Source: a virus | Strand: one strand, 5' to 3' | DNA: 64,000 nucleotides | Virus record (IMG/VR): IMGVR_UViG_3300020202_000064 | Location: 30,000 to 93,999 of that record | Shown here: piece by piece, positions 1 to 9,479 of the stretch | Layout: the number at the start of each line of letters is the position of its first letter | Position numbering within the stretch: position 1 is the stretch's first letter | Translations under genes and position numbers: made by a program | The notes under the pieces: model-generated | Told to the model about the DNA's origin: nothing | Database searches by the model: none | The model's input: only the letters and a program-made list of their open reading frames with translations

Positions 1-553
1 GCAAATCTTGAGTGTGAGGATAACTTGGCTTATAACTAGGGTCTTTCTTATCCCTTTTTTGGATTAGAAGACGGCGGACGTTCATAAGCGCCACACCGAG
101 TAAATTGCGGCCAAGCCAATTACGTTCATCCAAAATTTCGGGGTCGCTCTCGTACCAGCCCACACCCCAAATCTTGTCCCTACGGGAAGCTTCAACTAAA
201 ATACGGTTGCCGGTTTGTAGAATCTGTTTTTCGAATTCTGGGTTTTGCGAGAATTTTAAATAGTTGACATAGGTCATGTAGCCAAGCGCAACACAATCCC
301 AAGCGTATTCATCGAAGTTCTTTACCTGACGCCCGAGACTTTTAACCATTGATGGGTCTGTTTCCATGGCGATAATTTGCGCTGATTCCTTATCTCCAAA
401 GAACAGCGCTTTGTACATCATGAAGGCTTGTTCTGTGGAATCGAACGGAGCGTCGCCCAACAAGGGGTCTATGAATTGCTTGGGTGTCGAGTGCCAATTC
501 GAATAGATTTCTCCACCCGAATAAAAGTATACGTGTGTATCGGTTGTTTTCAT
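1..553 (-). CDS. NADAR (YbiA/DUF1768-like) family protein, 3' end runs off window
   Basis: Manual translation from ATG at 553: MKTTDTHVYFYSGGEIYSNWH...STEQAFMMYKALFFGD...ILVEASRRDKIWGVGW...WLGRNLLGVALMNVR. NADAR motifs present; no stop before position 1, so absent from the ORF track. Confidence 0.9.
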   Translation of the reverse strand, partial: MKTTDTHVYFYSGGEIYSNWHSTPKQFIDPLLGDAPFDSTEQAFMMYKALFFGDKESAQIIAMETDPSMVKSLGRQVKNFDEYAWDCVALGYMTYVNYLKFSQNPEFEKQILQTGNRILVEASRRDKIWGVGWYESDPEILDERNWLGRNLLGVALMNVRRLLIQKRDKKDPSYKPSYPHTQDL

Positions 554-855
554 TTGTTAAGTTCCGCCTTTATCTCTATATAGATTCCGCGATATTTATT
601 ATAAACATTTGCGTCGAAACCAACTTCTCTCCAATTTTTGACAAACTCAATAATATTAATTTCTTTATAATCATTCAATTCGTCATTTTTGATACATACC
701 GGACTGCCATTATCTCCATGGTAGGTCGCGATAACCGTATATATTGGGGCGTGCTTATTCATGAATAAAATCCAGCGCGAACCAACAGTTGGAAGTTGAT
801 AACTTAGCCGAGGATTAAAACACCGTTTCAGAGCATCGATTATTACATCAATCAT
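550..855 (-). CDS. hypothetical protein
   Basis: ORF packed between neighbours; likely start ATG 855 (MIDVII...). Confidence 0.6.
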   Translation of the reverse strand: MIDVIIDALKRCFNPRLSYQLPTVGSRWILFMNKHAPIYTVIATYHGDNGSPVCIKNDELNDYKEINIIEFVKNWREVGFDANVYNKYRGIYIEIKAELNK

Positions 856-856
856 A

Positions 857-2017
857 TTAACGAAATTTAAAATAGCGATGGTTTGTATAATACGAGGGAT
901 ATCGATGTCCGTTACCATCTTTATCGTATTCGTTTTTATGGAAGAATATCCATAGAGCTACTTGTGATACAAGCATGAATATAATAAAAGACCATAGCGC
1001 CCACATCGGGACCGGAACAGAAATATGCGAAAAATCGTTCCAATTTTTCAACTTATAATTAGCGCGAATTTCCTTACCGATAAGCGGCAATACGTCATTC
1101 GATATACCATTCTCTAGGACAATCTGTTCCAAATTGCGCTTACAAGTCTCTTCGTCCGTCCAACCGAAACATTTTACCCAATTTGGTTTTTTATTATCGC
1201 CGCCCCAAACTATAACAACATCATTCTTTTTGCCGCCAATCCAAGCCGCGCGCTGCCATTCCGCCATCATTGAATCAACATCCCCCATTCCAACGAGGAT
1301 AACGTTCACCTTGCATAACGGACCTAAAACGGCATTAAACTGGTCGAAAGTAAGATAATCAACTGTGTTCGCCGCCGTACCCACTAATCGGTCAGAGCGA
1401 AACGGGTCCGCATTGACGGGATACGGAAATACCTTTATATCGATTGGAACCTTTTCAAATGAGAAGACGGAGGGTGCGGCCTTAACGCGATTTTCAAAAT
1501 AACGTGTGTCGGTCACTGGCTCCAACCAACCTGTTTTGTTGTGAGCGATATAAATGTTGTGGTCACCCTTGTGAAAGCCGCTTTTATGCACCCAGCGAGT
1601 TTCAATATGGTTGCCAAATTTTTGCGCTAATTCATGATACTTGTCTTCTGAAATACGAATGTTACTTATTGTAGTTTCGGCTACCCAATATTCATGATGG
1701 GTGCGGTATTCAGTTGTGTAATAAATCTCGGTTCTCGTGCCACCACGACCATCAGAGACAGTACGAGTATGCATCTGTTGATACTGTTCAACCCAACGAG
1801 GATGGAAAACAGCCTGTTCAACTCGTCCACTCCAAGTTTCCGTATCGATTGTCTGACCGTATAAACCGACGAAATGGAAGACACCCGCTAACGCGAAACA
1901 AAGCGCCGCATTACCAATCCACTCAATCCAATGGACGCGTTTGCCTAGCGCCCACATAATGCCGCCATATACGAATGGAATGACGGCAAGAATGTAGAAT
2001 ATGACTGCGGGAATCAT
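857..2017 (-). CDS. membrane protein with N- and C-terminal TM segments (partner of LemA-like gene)
   Basis: 386 aa; two N-terminal and one C-terminal hydrophobic helices; W.GGKKNDVV motif. Confidence 0.7.
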   Translation of the reverse strand: MIPAVIFYILAVIPFVYGGIMWALGKRVHWIEWIGNAALCFALAGVFHFVGLYGQTIDTETWSGRVEQAVFHPRWVEQYQQMHTRTVSDGRGGTRTEIYYTTEYRTHHEYWVAETTISNIRISEDKYHELAQKFGNHIETRWVHKSGFHKGDHNIYIAHNKTGWLEPVTDTRYFENRVKAAPSVFSFEKVPIDIKVFPYPVNADPFRSDRLVGTAANTVDYLTFDQFNAVLGPLCKVNVILVGMGDVDSMMAEWQRAAWIGGKKNDVVIVWGGDNKKPNWVKCFGWTDEETCKRNLEQIVLENGISNDVLPLIGKEIRANYKLKNWNDFSHISVPVPMWALWSFIIFMLVSQVALWIFFHKNEYDKDGNGHRYPSYYTNHRYFKFR

Positions 2018-2098
2018 TTTAGATTTTGAGCAGCCAAAAACACAGCTATACAGAGCGATACAAGCATTAAACAGAAGATAAGTATTCGAATTTTCATA

Positions 2099-2662
2099 TT
2101 ACTTCTTCGCTCCCATGTTTAGATTAACATCGTCATCCTTGCCAGTGGCGAACGCGGCTTCGGTTCGAGTAGACGTAATAACCTTGGGAACGATTTTCTG
2201 AAACCCCATCATAGGCAAGATAAAATTGCCGGGAAAGACGGATAGCCGCTGATTGTATTGTTCAGAGATACTTACAAGTTCGCGCTGGTTACGCGTCCAA
2301 CCATCACGAGAACCCGTAATGATATTCATAAGCTGACCATAGAGCCGCAAATCAACCGTGGGTGCGGCTTCCTTAATCCATGTCATCACGCGCCCCTGAC
2401 CCTCACTCGTGCGAGCATTTGCATACCCCTCAAAAATTTCGCGGAAGGCGTTCTTCTGTGCCTCGGGCACTTGCGCCGTCTGCTGAATCTTCTTCCACAT
2501 GTTATCAAATTCGGCAGAATTAGCCGCCACCTTTGATTCATATTGGTTTCGAAGGGTTGCGGCATCATTATAAGTACCTATCAGCCAAAGACCAAGGACG
2601 AGAGCTAGCAGCGCAAAACCGCCAGCGAAGATACCGCCGACAATGAGGAATGTTTTATTCAT
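2099..2662 (-). CDS. LemA-like membrane-anchored helical protein
   Basis: N-terminal TM helix followed by YNDAATLRNQ...YNQRLSVFPGNFI, a LemA-like pattern; likely start ATG 2662. Confidence 0.6.
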   Translation of the reverse strand: MNKTFLIVGGIFAGGFALLALVLGLWLIGTYNDAATLRNQYESKVAANSAEFDNMWKKIQQTAQVPEAQKNAFREIFEGYANARTSEGQGRVMTWIKEAAPTVDLRLYGQLMNIITGSRDGWTRNQRELVSISEQYNQRLSVFPGNFILPMMGFQKIVPKVITSTRTEAAFATGKDDDVNLNMGAKK

Positions 2663-2708
2663 AGGAATTTGAGGTAAAATCAAAGAGCGGCGCACGTCAA
2701 GAATTATT

Positions 2709-2945
2709 TTAAACTTTTGTAGCGCCAGTCGTCGTTTTTACAAGTCCAATTGTAATAACTGGAATGGGAGTGTCGTCAATTTCTTGCGGTTTTGAAAAAT
2801 GGGTCGCCGTAAAAGAATGGTGGATTTCTGGATTTTTCAGCCAAAGGTTGAAAGCTTTCATGAGATTTCTTTTATTCGCGTAAATGCCGCCCATCGAGGA
2901 ACTAGCCCCAAATTGACTCCAAATGTAATTATACTTGGTTTTCAT
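2709..2945 (-). CDS. hypothetical protein
   Basis: 78 aa ORF in a tightly packed minus-strand run. Confidence 0.55.
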   Translation of the reverse strand: MKTKYNYIWSQFGASSSMGGIYANKRNLMKAFNLWLKNPEIHHSFTATHFSKPQEIDDTPIPVITIGLVKTTTGATKV

Positions 2946-2947
2946 AT

Positions 2948-3163
2948 TTATCTTTCTTCAAGCCAAATACTCATATCATCCCAAATAGAATAATCGCTAT
3001 CATTATATCGATTTTTCTTTTCCAAATCCTTTTTTACTACATCCCTAAAATCTTTCGTCACCAATAAAAGCGCATTGTTTATTGCCTGTTCTTTGGTTTT
3101 AAAGGGGCCACGTCTTTTCCTTCCATCATCGCCAAAAGATTCTTTGTAAAGAAAATATTTCAT
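2948..3163 (-). CDS. hypothetical protein
   Basis: 71 aa ORF, ATGA overlap with upstream gene. Confidence 0.6.
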   Translation of the reverse strand: MKYFLYKESFGDDGRKRRGPFKTKEQAINNALLLVTKDFRDVVKKDLEKKNRYNDSDYSIWDDMSIWLEER

Positions 3164-3612
3164 ATCTTCGTTGGGTCGATTTGTAAATGAGCAACTTCGT
3201 CCCGGTTTACCGCAAACCCATACGCTTCATACGTCGCATTCTTTACCCGCTTCGGTTTCATAGTTTTGATTTTCTCATCCAAGAACTTGGCCAATTCACA
3301 TGCATTGAACCAGAAAAGTTTCTTGTCGTATAAAAACAGATAGACGAAATAATCAATATTGTCCTTACACGTTCTCCAAGGGCCACCAATTGCGCCAGAT
3401 TTTGTATTTCCAACATACTCCATAAAGAAGTTTGGCGTCTTCGCCATAGAATACGTATCGGTTTTCAACTCTATCCGTTTCCCGTTTAAAACGAAGTCAT
3501 CCACGCGCCCGTTCGTCTTAACGGCTGAAGGGTATAACGTTTGAAAATAACGTTCTCCCTTATTACCTACACTTAATTGTTCATGCCATCCAAATACTTG
3601 GTCTTCCGCCAT
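3160..3612 (-). CDS. PD-(D/E)XK-like nuclease / hypothetical
   Basis: GE...DDFVLNGKRIELKTD motif (D-x(n)-E-x-K). Confidence 0.55.
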   Translation of the reverse strand: MAEDQVFGWHEQLSVGNKGERYFQTLYPSAVKTNGRVDDFVLNGKRIELKTDTYSMAKTPNFFMEYVGNTKSGAIGGPWRTCKDNIDYFVYLFLYDKKLFWFNACELAKFLDEKIKTMKPKRVKNATYEAYGFAVNRDEVAHLQIDPTKI

Positions 3613-3615
3613 AAA

Positions 3616-3810
3616 TTATAATTTAGAATGTTCGTAGGTAGCCCAACACGACGCAATAAAAGCTGAAACCTTTGCCGAAAGACCAAGATACCATATTGTG
3701 GGCGACGGTAGTGGTATTATGTTCAAAAGAACACAACCAAACCAAATTGCAATAAGCAGATATATAATAATGCAAATCCAAGTTAGATTATAGAGTATTG
3801 TTTTCTTCAT
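3616..3810 (-). CDS. small membrane protein
   Basis: 64 aa with two hydrophobic segments. Confidence 0.55.
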   Translation of the reverse strand: MKKTILYNLTWICIIIYLLIAIWFGCVLLNIIPLPSPTIWYLGLSAKVSAFIASCWATYEHSKL

Positions 3811-4583
3811 TATGAAACTTCATTAAGCGCGCGATTTATCGCATTATTACGTTCTATAGCTTTGTCTGTTGCTATCTTACATATCTCAATAATCCTCTCA
3901 TAAAGTTCTCGCTCTCTTAGAATGGATTTAACAATATTAATTTGATAGATTCCGCCCAAAATTTCCGCAATGTATCCTTTTTGCAAACCACTTCCTGTTT
4001 CGTAAGTTTTGACAGTGAGCGTCAAAACTTCCAAAGTTGATTCGCCACCAACCAAAGGAACTCCGCTAAATACAAGTTGTGAACGAGTTAGTGGTTGATG
4101 AATACGTGTAAAAATAGTCTTAAGAGCGTTTCCGATAACCGCACCGCTGCGCGTTGTTATTTCTCGGGTTGTGGCAATAAGCGCAATTAACTCATTAAAT
4201 GAAATACCGGCATCTCTAGCCGTCCCACCAACTCTCTCCAATGCTTCAACTAAATCACGCGTGGAGGCGGCAAAATGTGTATCGACTTTCGATAGCTTAT
4301 TTAATGTAGTTGTGGTGGTAAGCTTATCAAAAGTTTTTAGAGTATTTGTTAACACTGTTATAGATTCACTAATACACAGACCGGACAGACGCGATAGAAT
4401 AAGAGCGGCTCGCGTTTTTTTTAATATATCGTCCATATTAAGTCCCTGCCTCATAAATTCTCTTATGGTACTTGCGATAGTATCAGCGTTACTATTCGTG
4501 TCATGTGCGATATCGAACAAATCCCTTGTGAAATCCGCTAAATTATCTGAGTTTAAGTGGAATATTCCATTATCGTTTTTCAT
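3810..4583 (-). CDS. stand-alone tape-measure (TP901-type core) domain protein
   Basis: NKLSKVDTHFAASTRDLVEALERVGGTARDAGISFNELIALI...RSGAVIGNALKTIFTRI resembles the TMP core region, but the protein is only 257 aa. Confidence 0.7.
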   Translation of the reverse strand: MKNDNGIFHLNSDNLADFTRDLFDIAHDTNSNADTIASTIREFMRQGLNMDDILKKTRAALILSRLSGLCISESITVLTNTLKTFDKLTTTTTLNKLSKVDTHFAASTRDLVEALERVGGTARDAGISFNELIALIATTREITTRSGAVIGNALKTIFTRIHQPLTRSQLVFSGVPLVGGESTLEVLTLTVKTYETGSGLQKGYIAEILGGIYQINIVKSILRERELYERIIEICKIATDKAIERNNAINRALNEVS

Positions 4584-4584
4584 A

Positions 4585-5589
4585 TTATTCCTTATAATTT
4601 TGATTTATAATCTTCACGCTTAACATACCCTGTAATGATTCTGAATATCGTGAAAGGACGGGCCGCACAACAATACCCTCCGCAGGTTTACCATTTGGGT
4701 AGGTAAGGTTGTTTGCAAATTCGCGCAACCTCTCAATATTCCAAGTCTCATCCCAACGGAACGTATGCAAAACTGGAACCATACGCAAGGCCAAACTTCC
4801 ACAAATAGAATATAATCCCGAAAGACCAACATATTCCATAGTGCTGAAGTCCCTATATGTGAACACGTAATAGTCCAATTCGGTAAGGTCCATTTTATTG
4901 CCGTTTATCTTCGGTCCACAGACTTCACCCTGTAACGCTCCATTGATACCAAGTTGACGCATTTTATTGAAGACATCATATTTACGTTGCATTTGCCAAA
5001 ATGCGCTATCACCCTCTTTCAAAGTCAGACGGCGAGAACACACCATTTCTTCCGTCTCATTACGAATCATCGTACAACTGCTACCATCCATCTTCATCGA
5101 TATATAGCAGGTTAATCCGTCAAATTCCTTAAGAGTACGAGGGGCCGAAAGAAGATTTGTTTCGTCTGTGATGGAAACATATTTTGTTGGGAAATTCCCT
5201 TTTGCCATACCCATCACTTCGGCGGCGAGCGGCTTTTCATAGTGGGTACACTTGAGTAGTTCGGACACTTCTGTTCCCTCAATACAATCCTCCAATTTCA
5301 TACCCTTTTTCAACACAAGTTTAAGAGGACATACCAAACCCGAACTCGGTTCGCCACGAAACCGTGCGTTCCAAGTCCGCCATTTCTGCTTTTCCATAAA
5401 AGCAAAATAAGGATTATCCTTATCTACAATTGTATCAATTTGAATGAATACAACCAAGTCACCATCTTTATAATTATCGTCTTTCTTGATGACAACGGGC
5501 CATTCGAGCACTTTGGCACATGCTAATTTATCAGCGTTCGGATGAACTCTTATAGAATGAATTTTCTCAATCGTCGCTATTTTATTCAT
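4585..5589 (-). CDS. RNA ligase, DRB0094-like family
   Basis: N-terminal OB-like HPNADKL..., nucleotidyltransferase motif KMDGSS, LQGEVCGPKINGN, EGIVVR, SVKIIN. Confidence 0.9.
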   Translation of the reverse strand: MNKIATIEKIHSIRVHPNADKLACAKVLEWPVVIKKDDNYKDGDLVVFIQIDTIVDKDNPYFAFMEKQKWRTWNARFRGEPSSGLVCPLKLVLKKGMKLEDCIEGTEVSELLKCTHYEKPLAAEVMGMAKGNFPTKYVSITDETNLLSAPRTLKEFDGLTCYISMKMDGSSCTMIRNETEEMVCSRRLTLKEGDSAFWQMQRKYDVFNKMRQLGINGALQGEVCGPKINGNKMDLTELDYYVFTYRDFSTMEYVGLSGLYSICGSLALRMVPVLHTFRWDETWNIERLREFANNLTYPNGKPAEGIVVRPVLSRYSESLQGMLSVKIINQNYKE

Positions 5590-5764
5590 TTTTTATAATA
5601 GTAGTTGAGTTTTTATTCATTTGTGTCCAAATGGAGTCGAATACATTCTTACGTGCTTCCATTGTAAAACCCCAAATCGTGGCCCCATCATGGATACTTA
5701 GTGAACCGCGCAAAGTATCAAATAGAACTTGCCACTGTGCTTCCGTTATCGTTATTTTGCTCAT
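5582..5764 (-). CDS. hypothetical protein
   Basis: 60 aa ORF in operon. Confidence 0.5.
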   Translation of the reverse strand: MSKITITEAQWQVLFDTLRGSLSIHDGATIWGFTMEARKNVFDSIWTQMNKNSTTIIKNE

Positions 5765-5996
5765 TTGGTATCAATCCTAGTTCTTTCAATTTCTTTTCTA
5801 GTTCGGCGGCAAGCGCCAATCTAACCCTCAATCGGGAATATCCAGTCTGAGAAATGACAATATTCTTTGGGAGATATTTTAGCGTCAATCTAATTGGAGA
5901 GGTAGAATTAGCTCGGAATTCCCTAACTTCTATCTCACCCGGCTTTATTTCAAACTTAGGCTTTTCAACTGGTATGGTTGTATCTGTAGATGACAT
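5718..5996 (-). CDS. hypothetical protein
   Basis: 92 aa ORF in operon. Confidence 0.55.
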   Translation of the reverse strand: MSSTDTTIPVEKPKFEIKPGEIEVREFRANSTSPIRLTLKYLPKNIVISQTGYSRLRVRLALAAELEKKLKELGLIPNEQNNDNGSTVASSI

Positions 5997-6337
5997 TAAT
6001 AATCCTTTTGTTCGGGTAAATCAATACCTTGTTCATTAATTAAGTTAAAAGTGGATGGGGGCATGGCAACAATACGTAAGCCGCTTTCAGCTTCCCAAAA
6101 TTGGATGCAGTCCATCATGAGGTGGATTCTTGTGTCTTCTGGAGTTTTCTTTTGGTCTAACCATGAAAATGCGCCAGAATATGTCTCATTTGGTAGCGTA
6201 TATCGAAGATAAAATGGAACCTTATACTTAGAAAGGAATTCCATATATTCTTTTGTTTTCTCTAGGACCGCTGCGGTAACGTCATTTGTTACCTTTTCGG
6301 TATCGGTAATTGCCCCGCCACGATGTTCGATTTTCAT
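5996..6337 (-). CDS. hypothetical protein
   Basis: 113 aa ORF with coupled stop/start. Confidence 0.6.
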   Translation of the reverse strand: MKIEHRGGAITDTEKVTNDVTAAVLEKTKEYMEFLSKYKVPFYLRYTLPNETYSGAFSWLDQKKTPEDTRIHLMMDCIQFWEAESGLRIVAMPPSTFNLINEQGIDLPEQKDY

Positions 6338-6918
6338 GTAATGATTGTTTTATTGTGTAGCTCTGACGGAATAGATAGATTGTAACCAGCAAGATTGAGT
6401 TTTTTAAACGCGAAGTCAACAATATATTGGTGTCCTCCAAGAACATAGTCCGCAAGTTTAATCATCCAGATATTTGGATTAGCTTGTGGACGGACCACAA
6501 AAACATAATTCCAAGCATACTCAAGATGCGCACGCGTTGGATAAGCGTCGGGATAACATATTAATGCTATAAAAGCCGCCGCAGTGGAACGGGAAATTCC
6601 GGCATGACAGTGAAAAAGGATGTGCGCATTTTTTTCTTCTTCCCATGTCAGCGCTTTGATAAATCGAATCAGGCGGCGAATATCAGATTCTTTTGCAAAG
6701 AGGAAGTCACTGTCAATAATCTGAGGAATTAAAGCGGCGTTAACATCGTCTACATCATCAAATTCTAAACGCAAAATGGCATCAAGCTTTTTATTGATGC
6801 CAAAAAATCCCCCAATAGGAGGGAAGTGGTCACCCGGACCACCAATAGAAACCAAATGAGTTACGCCCTTATCATAATAGGTTGGAACCTCATTAAAAGA
6901 GCATATCGAAATTTTCAT
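6334..6918 (-). CDS. Cys-based (tyrosine/dual-specificity-like) phosphatase
   Basis: HCHAGISRS (CX5R) motif, LEFDD, and RPQANPN. Confidence 0.85.
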   Translation of the reverse strand: MKISICSFNEVPTYYDKGVTHLVSIGGPGDHFPPIGGFFGINKKLDAILRLEFDDVDDVNAALIPQIIDSDFLFAKESDIRRLIRFIKALTWEEEKNAHILFHCHAGISRSTAAAFIALICYPDAYPTRAHLEYAWNYVFVVRPQANPNIWMIKLADYVLGGHQYIVDFAFKKLNLAGYNLSIPSELHNKTIIT

Positions 6919-6991
6919 AGGGAAGATTTTTCATATCTTGCCCCATACGTCAAGTAATTTTATTTACATTTGACGATTTTGTGCCAGAAAG

Positions 6992-7068
6992 TGGTGGCAC
7001 TGCCCGAAATCGAATCGGGATTGACGCACCTTATGAGAGTGCCGCTCTACCAGTTAAGCTACAGTGCC
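6992..7068 (-). tRNA. tRNA-Met/Ile2 (CAT)
   Basis: GGCACTG...GCACT-CTCATAA-GGTGC...CAGTGCC-ACCA cloverleaf. Confidence 0.9.
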
Positions 7069-7247
7069 GTAAGAAGTGAGAATTGGAACCCGAAGTAATA
7101 AGGGTGTGGATTTTACCCACATATGACGCGCCTTCCGCCTCACTTCTTGACCATTAATAAAACACATGATTCGAAATCAATCTTGTTATTTGGTATATTT
7201 TGCGAAAGAACGTTTTCCGTCACACTACTATTTACACGCGAAACTAT

Positions 7248-7553
7248 CTAGATTTTCTTTTGATAGTTCTGCGCGTTAAATTTTTCTGATTGGCGTAACG
7301 CTTGCTGTAGGAATTCGATGTAAGTATTGATTGCCTGCACGTCTTCTTGCATGATAGCAATTTGCGCCTCAAGTAATTCTATTTTCTGTTGTTTTATGAG
7401 AACTTGTTCAAATGCCTGTTTCTGAAACAATGCCAACTCTAATTGACGCTTTTGGATTATAAGCTTATCATCGATGGCATGAAGCCATCCAACGATATGA
7501 AAGAGGATAGCCAAAAAGAATACGCCGCCGATAATAAGGAGTCCTTTAATCAT
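7248..7553 (-). CDS. membrane-anchored coiled-coil protein
   Basis: N-terminal TM helix then Q/L-rich coiled coil; likely start 7553. Confidence 0.6.
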   Translation of the reverse strand: MIKGLLIIGGVFFLAILFHIVGWLHAIDDKLIIQKRQLELALFQKQAFEQVLIKQQKIELLEAQIAIMQEDVQAINTYIEFLQQALRQSEKFNAQNYQKKI

Positions 7554-7831
7554 GAGATTAGTTTTTTTAAGTCGTCTGGATGATAACCAATTTCCCAAAT
7601 CGCGCCGTTAGTTTGATGAAACTTTTCTGCTTTTAAATGACAAGATGGGCATAGACTGATACCGTTGTCAAGTTCGTAACCCCCATCCTCGATAAGATTT
7701 CTATTAATGATATGATGGGCGTCCAAACTTATATCATCGTCAAATTTATCGCAAACTCGGCAGCGATGACCGTCGCGTTCAAAAACGGCTTTCCGAAACG
7801 CCGCCCTAATTTGTTTTTTCTTTACGGACAT
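7550..7831 (-). CDS. small HNH endonuclease
   Basis: RDGHRCRVC...AHHI...NGISLCPSCH. Confidence 0.85.
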   Translation of the reverse strand: MSVKKKQIRAAFRKAVFERDGHRCRVCDKFDDDISLDAHHIINRNLIEDGGYELDNGISLCPSCHLKAEKFHQTNGAIWEIGYHPDDLKKLIS

Positions 7832-8369
7832 ACCAACTTGGCAAATTATCCTCGGTTGTAGACCAAATCATTCCTTTATCAAAGAAGAAGTTGTCTACAC
7901 AGCGTTTCACTTCAACAAGGTTACGACGAACAAATGAGTTTTTGTAATCATGCCCCGCAATTATGCCGCCTACTTTTACTTTTGGATACCACGCTCGTAA
8001 GTCCGTACTAACTGAATGATAGTCGTGCCGCGCATCAAGATAAACAAAATCAATTGAATTATCCTGAAAAGTCTTTGCGGCATCAATCGAAAATTCCCGC
8101 ATAATGACTGAACGTGTGCCAAATTGCTTAAGCATGTCCCGACATACGTTATACGCTTCATCATGTTCCTGCTGCGAAACATTTGATGCATCAAACATCA
8201 CATCTTCCTGATGTTTCCACGGGTCCACCGAAAACAACCTTTTACCTTTCCAATGTTCAAGTATGAACCACGAAAAAAAACCATCGTGAACTCCGACTTC
8301 TACAGCATCGCCGGTCAGTCCAAGTTGATTTAAGAGAGTAGGGAAGCAGTCTCTATCTGGGATTTGCAT
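7806..8369 (-). CDS. class I SAM methyltransferase (Methyltransf_24-like)
   Basis: VEVGV..G, VDPW, DFVYLDARHDY, GGIIAGHDY. Confidence 0.85.
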   Translation of the reverse strand: MQIPDRDCFPTLLNQLGLTGDAVEVGVHDGFFSWFILEHWKGKRLFSVDPWKHQEDVMFDASNVSQQEHDEAYNVCRDMLKQFGTRSVIMREFSIDAAKTFQDNSIDFVYLDARHDYHSVSTDLRAWYPKVKVGGIIAGHDYKNSFVRRNLVEVKRCVDNFFFDKGMIWSTTEDNLPSWYVRKEKTN

Positions 8370-8713
8370 TACTTTGTTTGCAAAGCCAACCAGAATGCAT
8401 CAGGATGGTCAAGATATTTTTCTATATTTTTCTCGTCGCCAGTATCATCCTCTAACTCGTTCTCTGTCTGGGGTTTATTTTCTGCTTCCATAGTTGGAGC
8501 CGATAGCGGGCACGACTCCGCGACATTCTCATTACCAATGAGACATTCTACATCTGAATTATATCGGCAAAAATTTGTTTCTTGGCGGCTTGACGGGTAG
8601 TCTTTTTTAAACGTTTATGTTCCATATTCGAACATATCGGGCAACCAGAACCATGAGGTTTGGAATGCAGATTACCCGATTTTTTCTTTCGCAATCCATA
8701 GGGCTTCATAAAT

Positions 8714-8789
8714 TGGTGGATAAGGAGAGTTTCGAAATCTCAACCTCTAGAGTGTCGTTCTAGCCGTCTGCCTTTGACTATACTTATCC
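8714..8789 (-). tRNA. atypical tRNA, apparent anticodon GAC (Val)
   Basis: GGATAAG/CTTATCC-ACCA acceptor; CTAGA-ACGACAC-TCTAG anticodon arm lacks U33; T-stem mismatch. Confidence 0.6.
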
Positions 8790-8791
8790 GT

Positions 8792-8885
8792 TGGCGGAAG
8801 ATACAGGATTCGAACCTGTGGGGCCATATTTCAGACCCAAAACTTTAGCAAAGTTTCTCGATAAACCGGACTCCGACAATCTTCC
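8792..8885 (-). tRNA. tRNA-Ser(GCT)
   Basis: AAACT-TTGCTAA-AGTTT, long V-arm, GCCA end. Confidence 0.92.
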
Positions 8886-8886
8886 A

Positions 8887-9408
8887 TTAATTAAATATTT
8901 TCAAAAACATAAATACAAGTTTTACAACCCACTTAGGATAAACAATAACCTTAACATTACCACCTTCCACAGTCGGCTTATCGGCGTTTAAAACGCGAAC
9001 ACGCACCGGCTTGCCATCTGAAGAAGTAACATTTCGTAAAACAACGTTTGTTGTGCGCGCCTTTGTAATTGGGGTGAAATTCCCCAAATCGATATCAACG
9101 GTCTTACCATGTTGTTCAATTATAACATTTTCAAGCGCAACCAAATCGCAACCACCTTTGATTGTAACAACATATTTACCAGCGCCATACAGCCGACAAT
9201 TTTTGAGATGGATAAGTTGCGAGTAGCGCATGATATCAATTGCGTCTTCCTGAGAGCCGAAGATTGTGGTGTCGTATATCGCCGCTCGATTTACGTGGCT
9301 TAACTTCAGGGTATCACTGTAACTTTCATCAGGAGGGGAAATACTTTCCCCAATAATAACAACATCTTCAGTGTCAGCGTAACTTCGGTAATTTTTATCT
9401 GCGGCCAT
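8887..9408 (-). CDS. hypothetical protein, possible right-handed beta-helix
   Basis: Repetitive beta-type pattern (EDAIDI, VTIKGG, VVLRNV); GTGTAA motif upstream. Confidence 0.55.
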   Translation of the reverse strand: MAADKNYRSYADTEDVVIIGESISPPDESYSDTLKLSHVNRAAIYDTTIFGSQEDAIDIMRYSQLIHLKNCRLYGAGKYVVTIKGGCDLVALENVIIEQHGKTVDIDLGNFTPITKARTTNVVLRNVTSSDGKPVRVRVLNADKPTVEGGNVKVIVYPKWVVKLVFMFLKIFN

Positions 9409-9479
9409 ACTCTAATTTACACTAAAAATATTGCAAACGTAACATATTTTCTTGTAGAATAATTTTGTACTCTAAAGAT

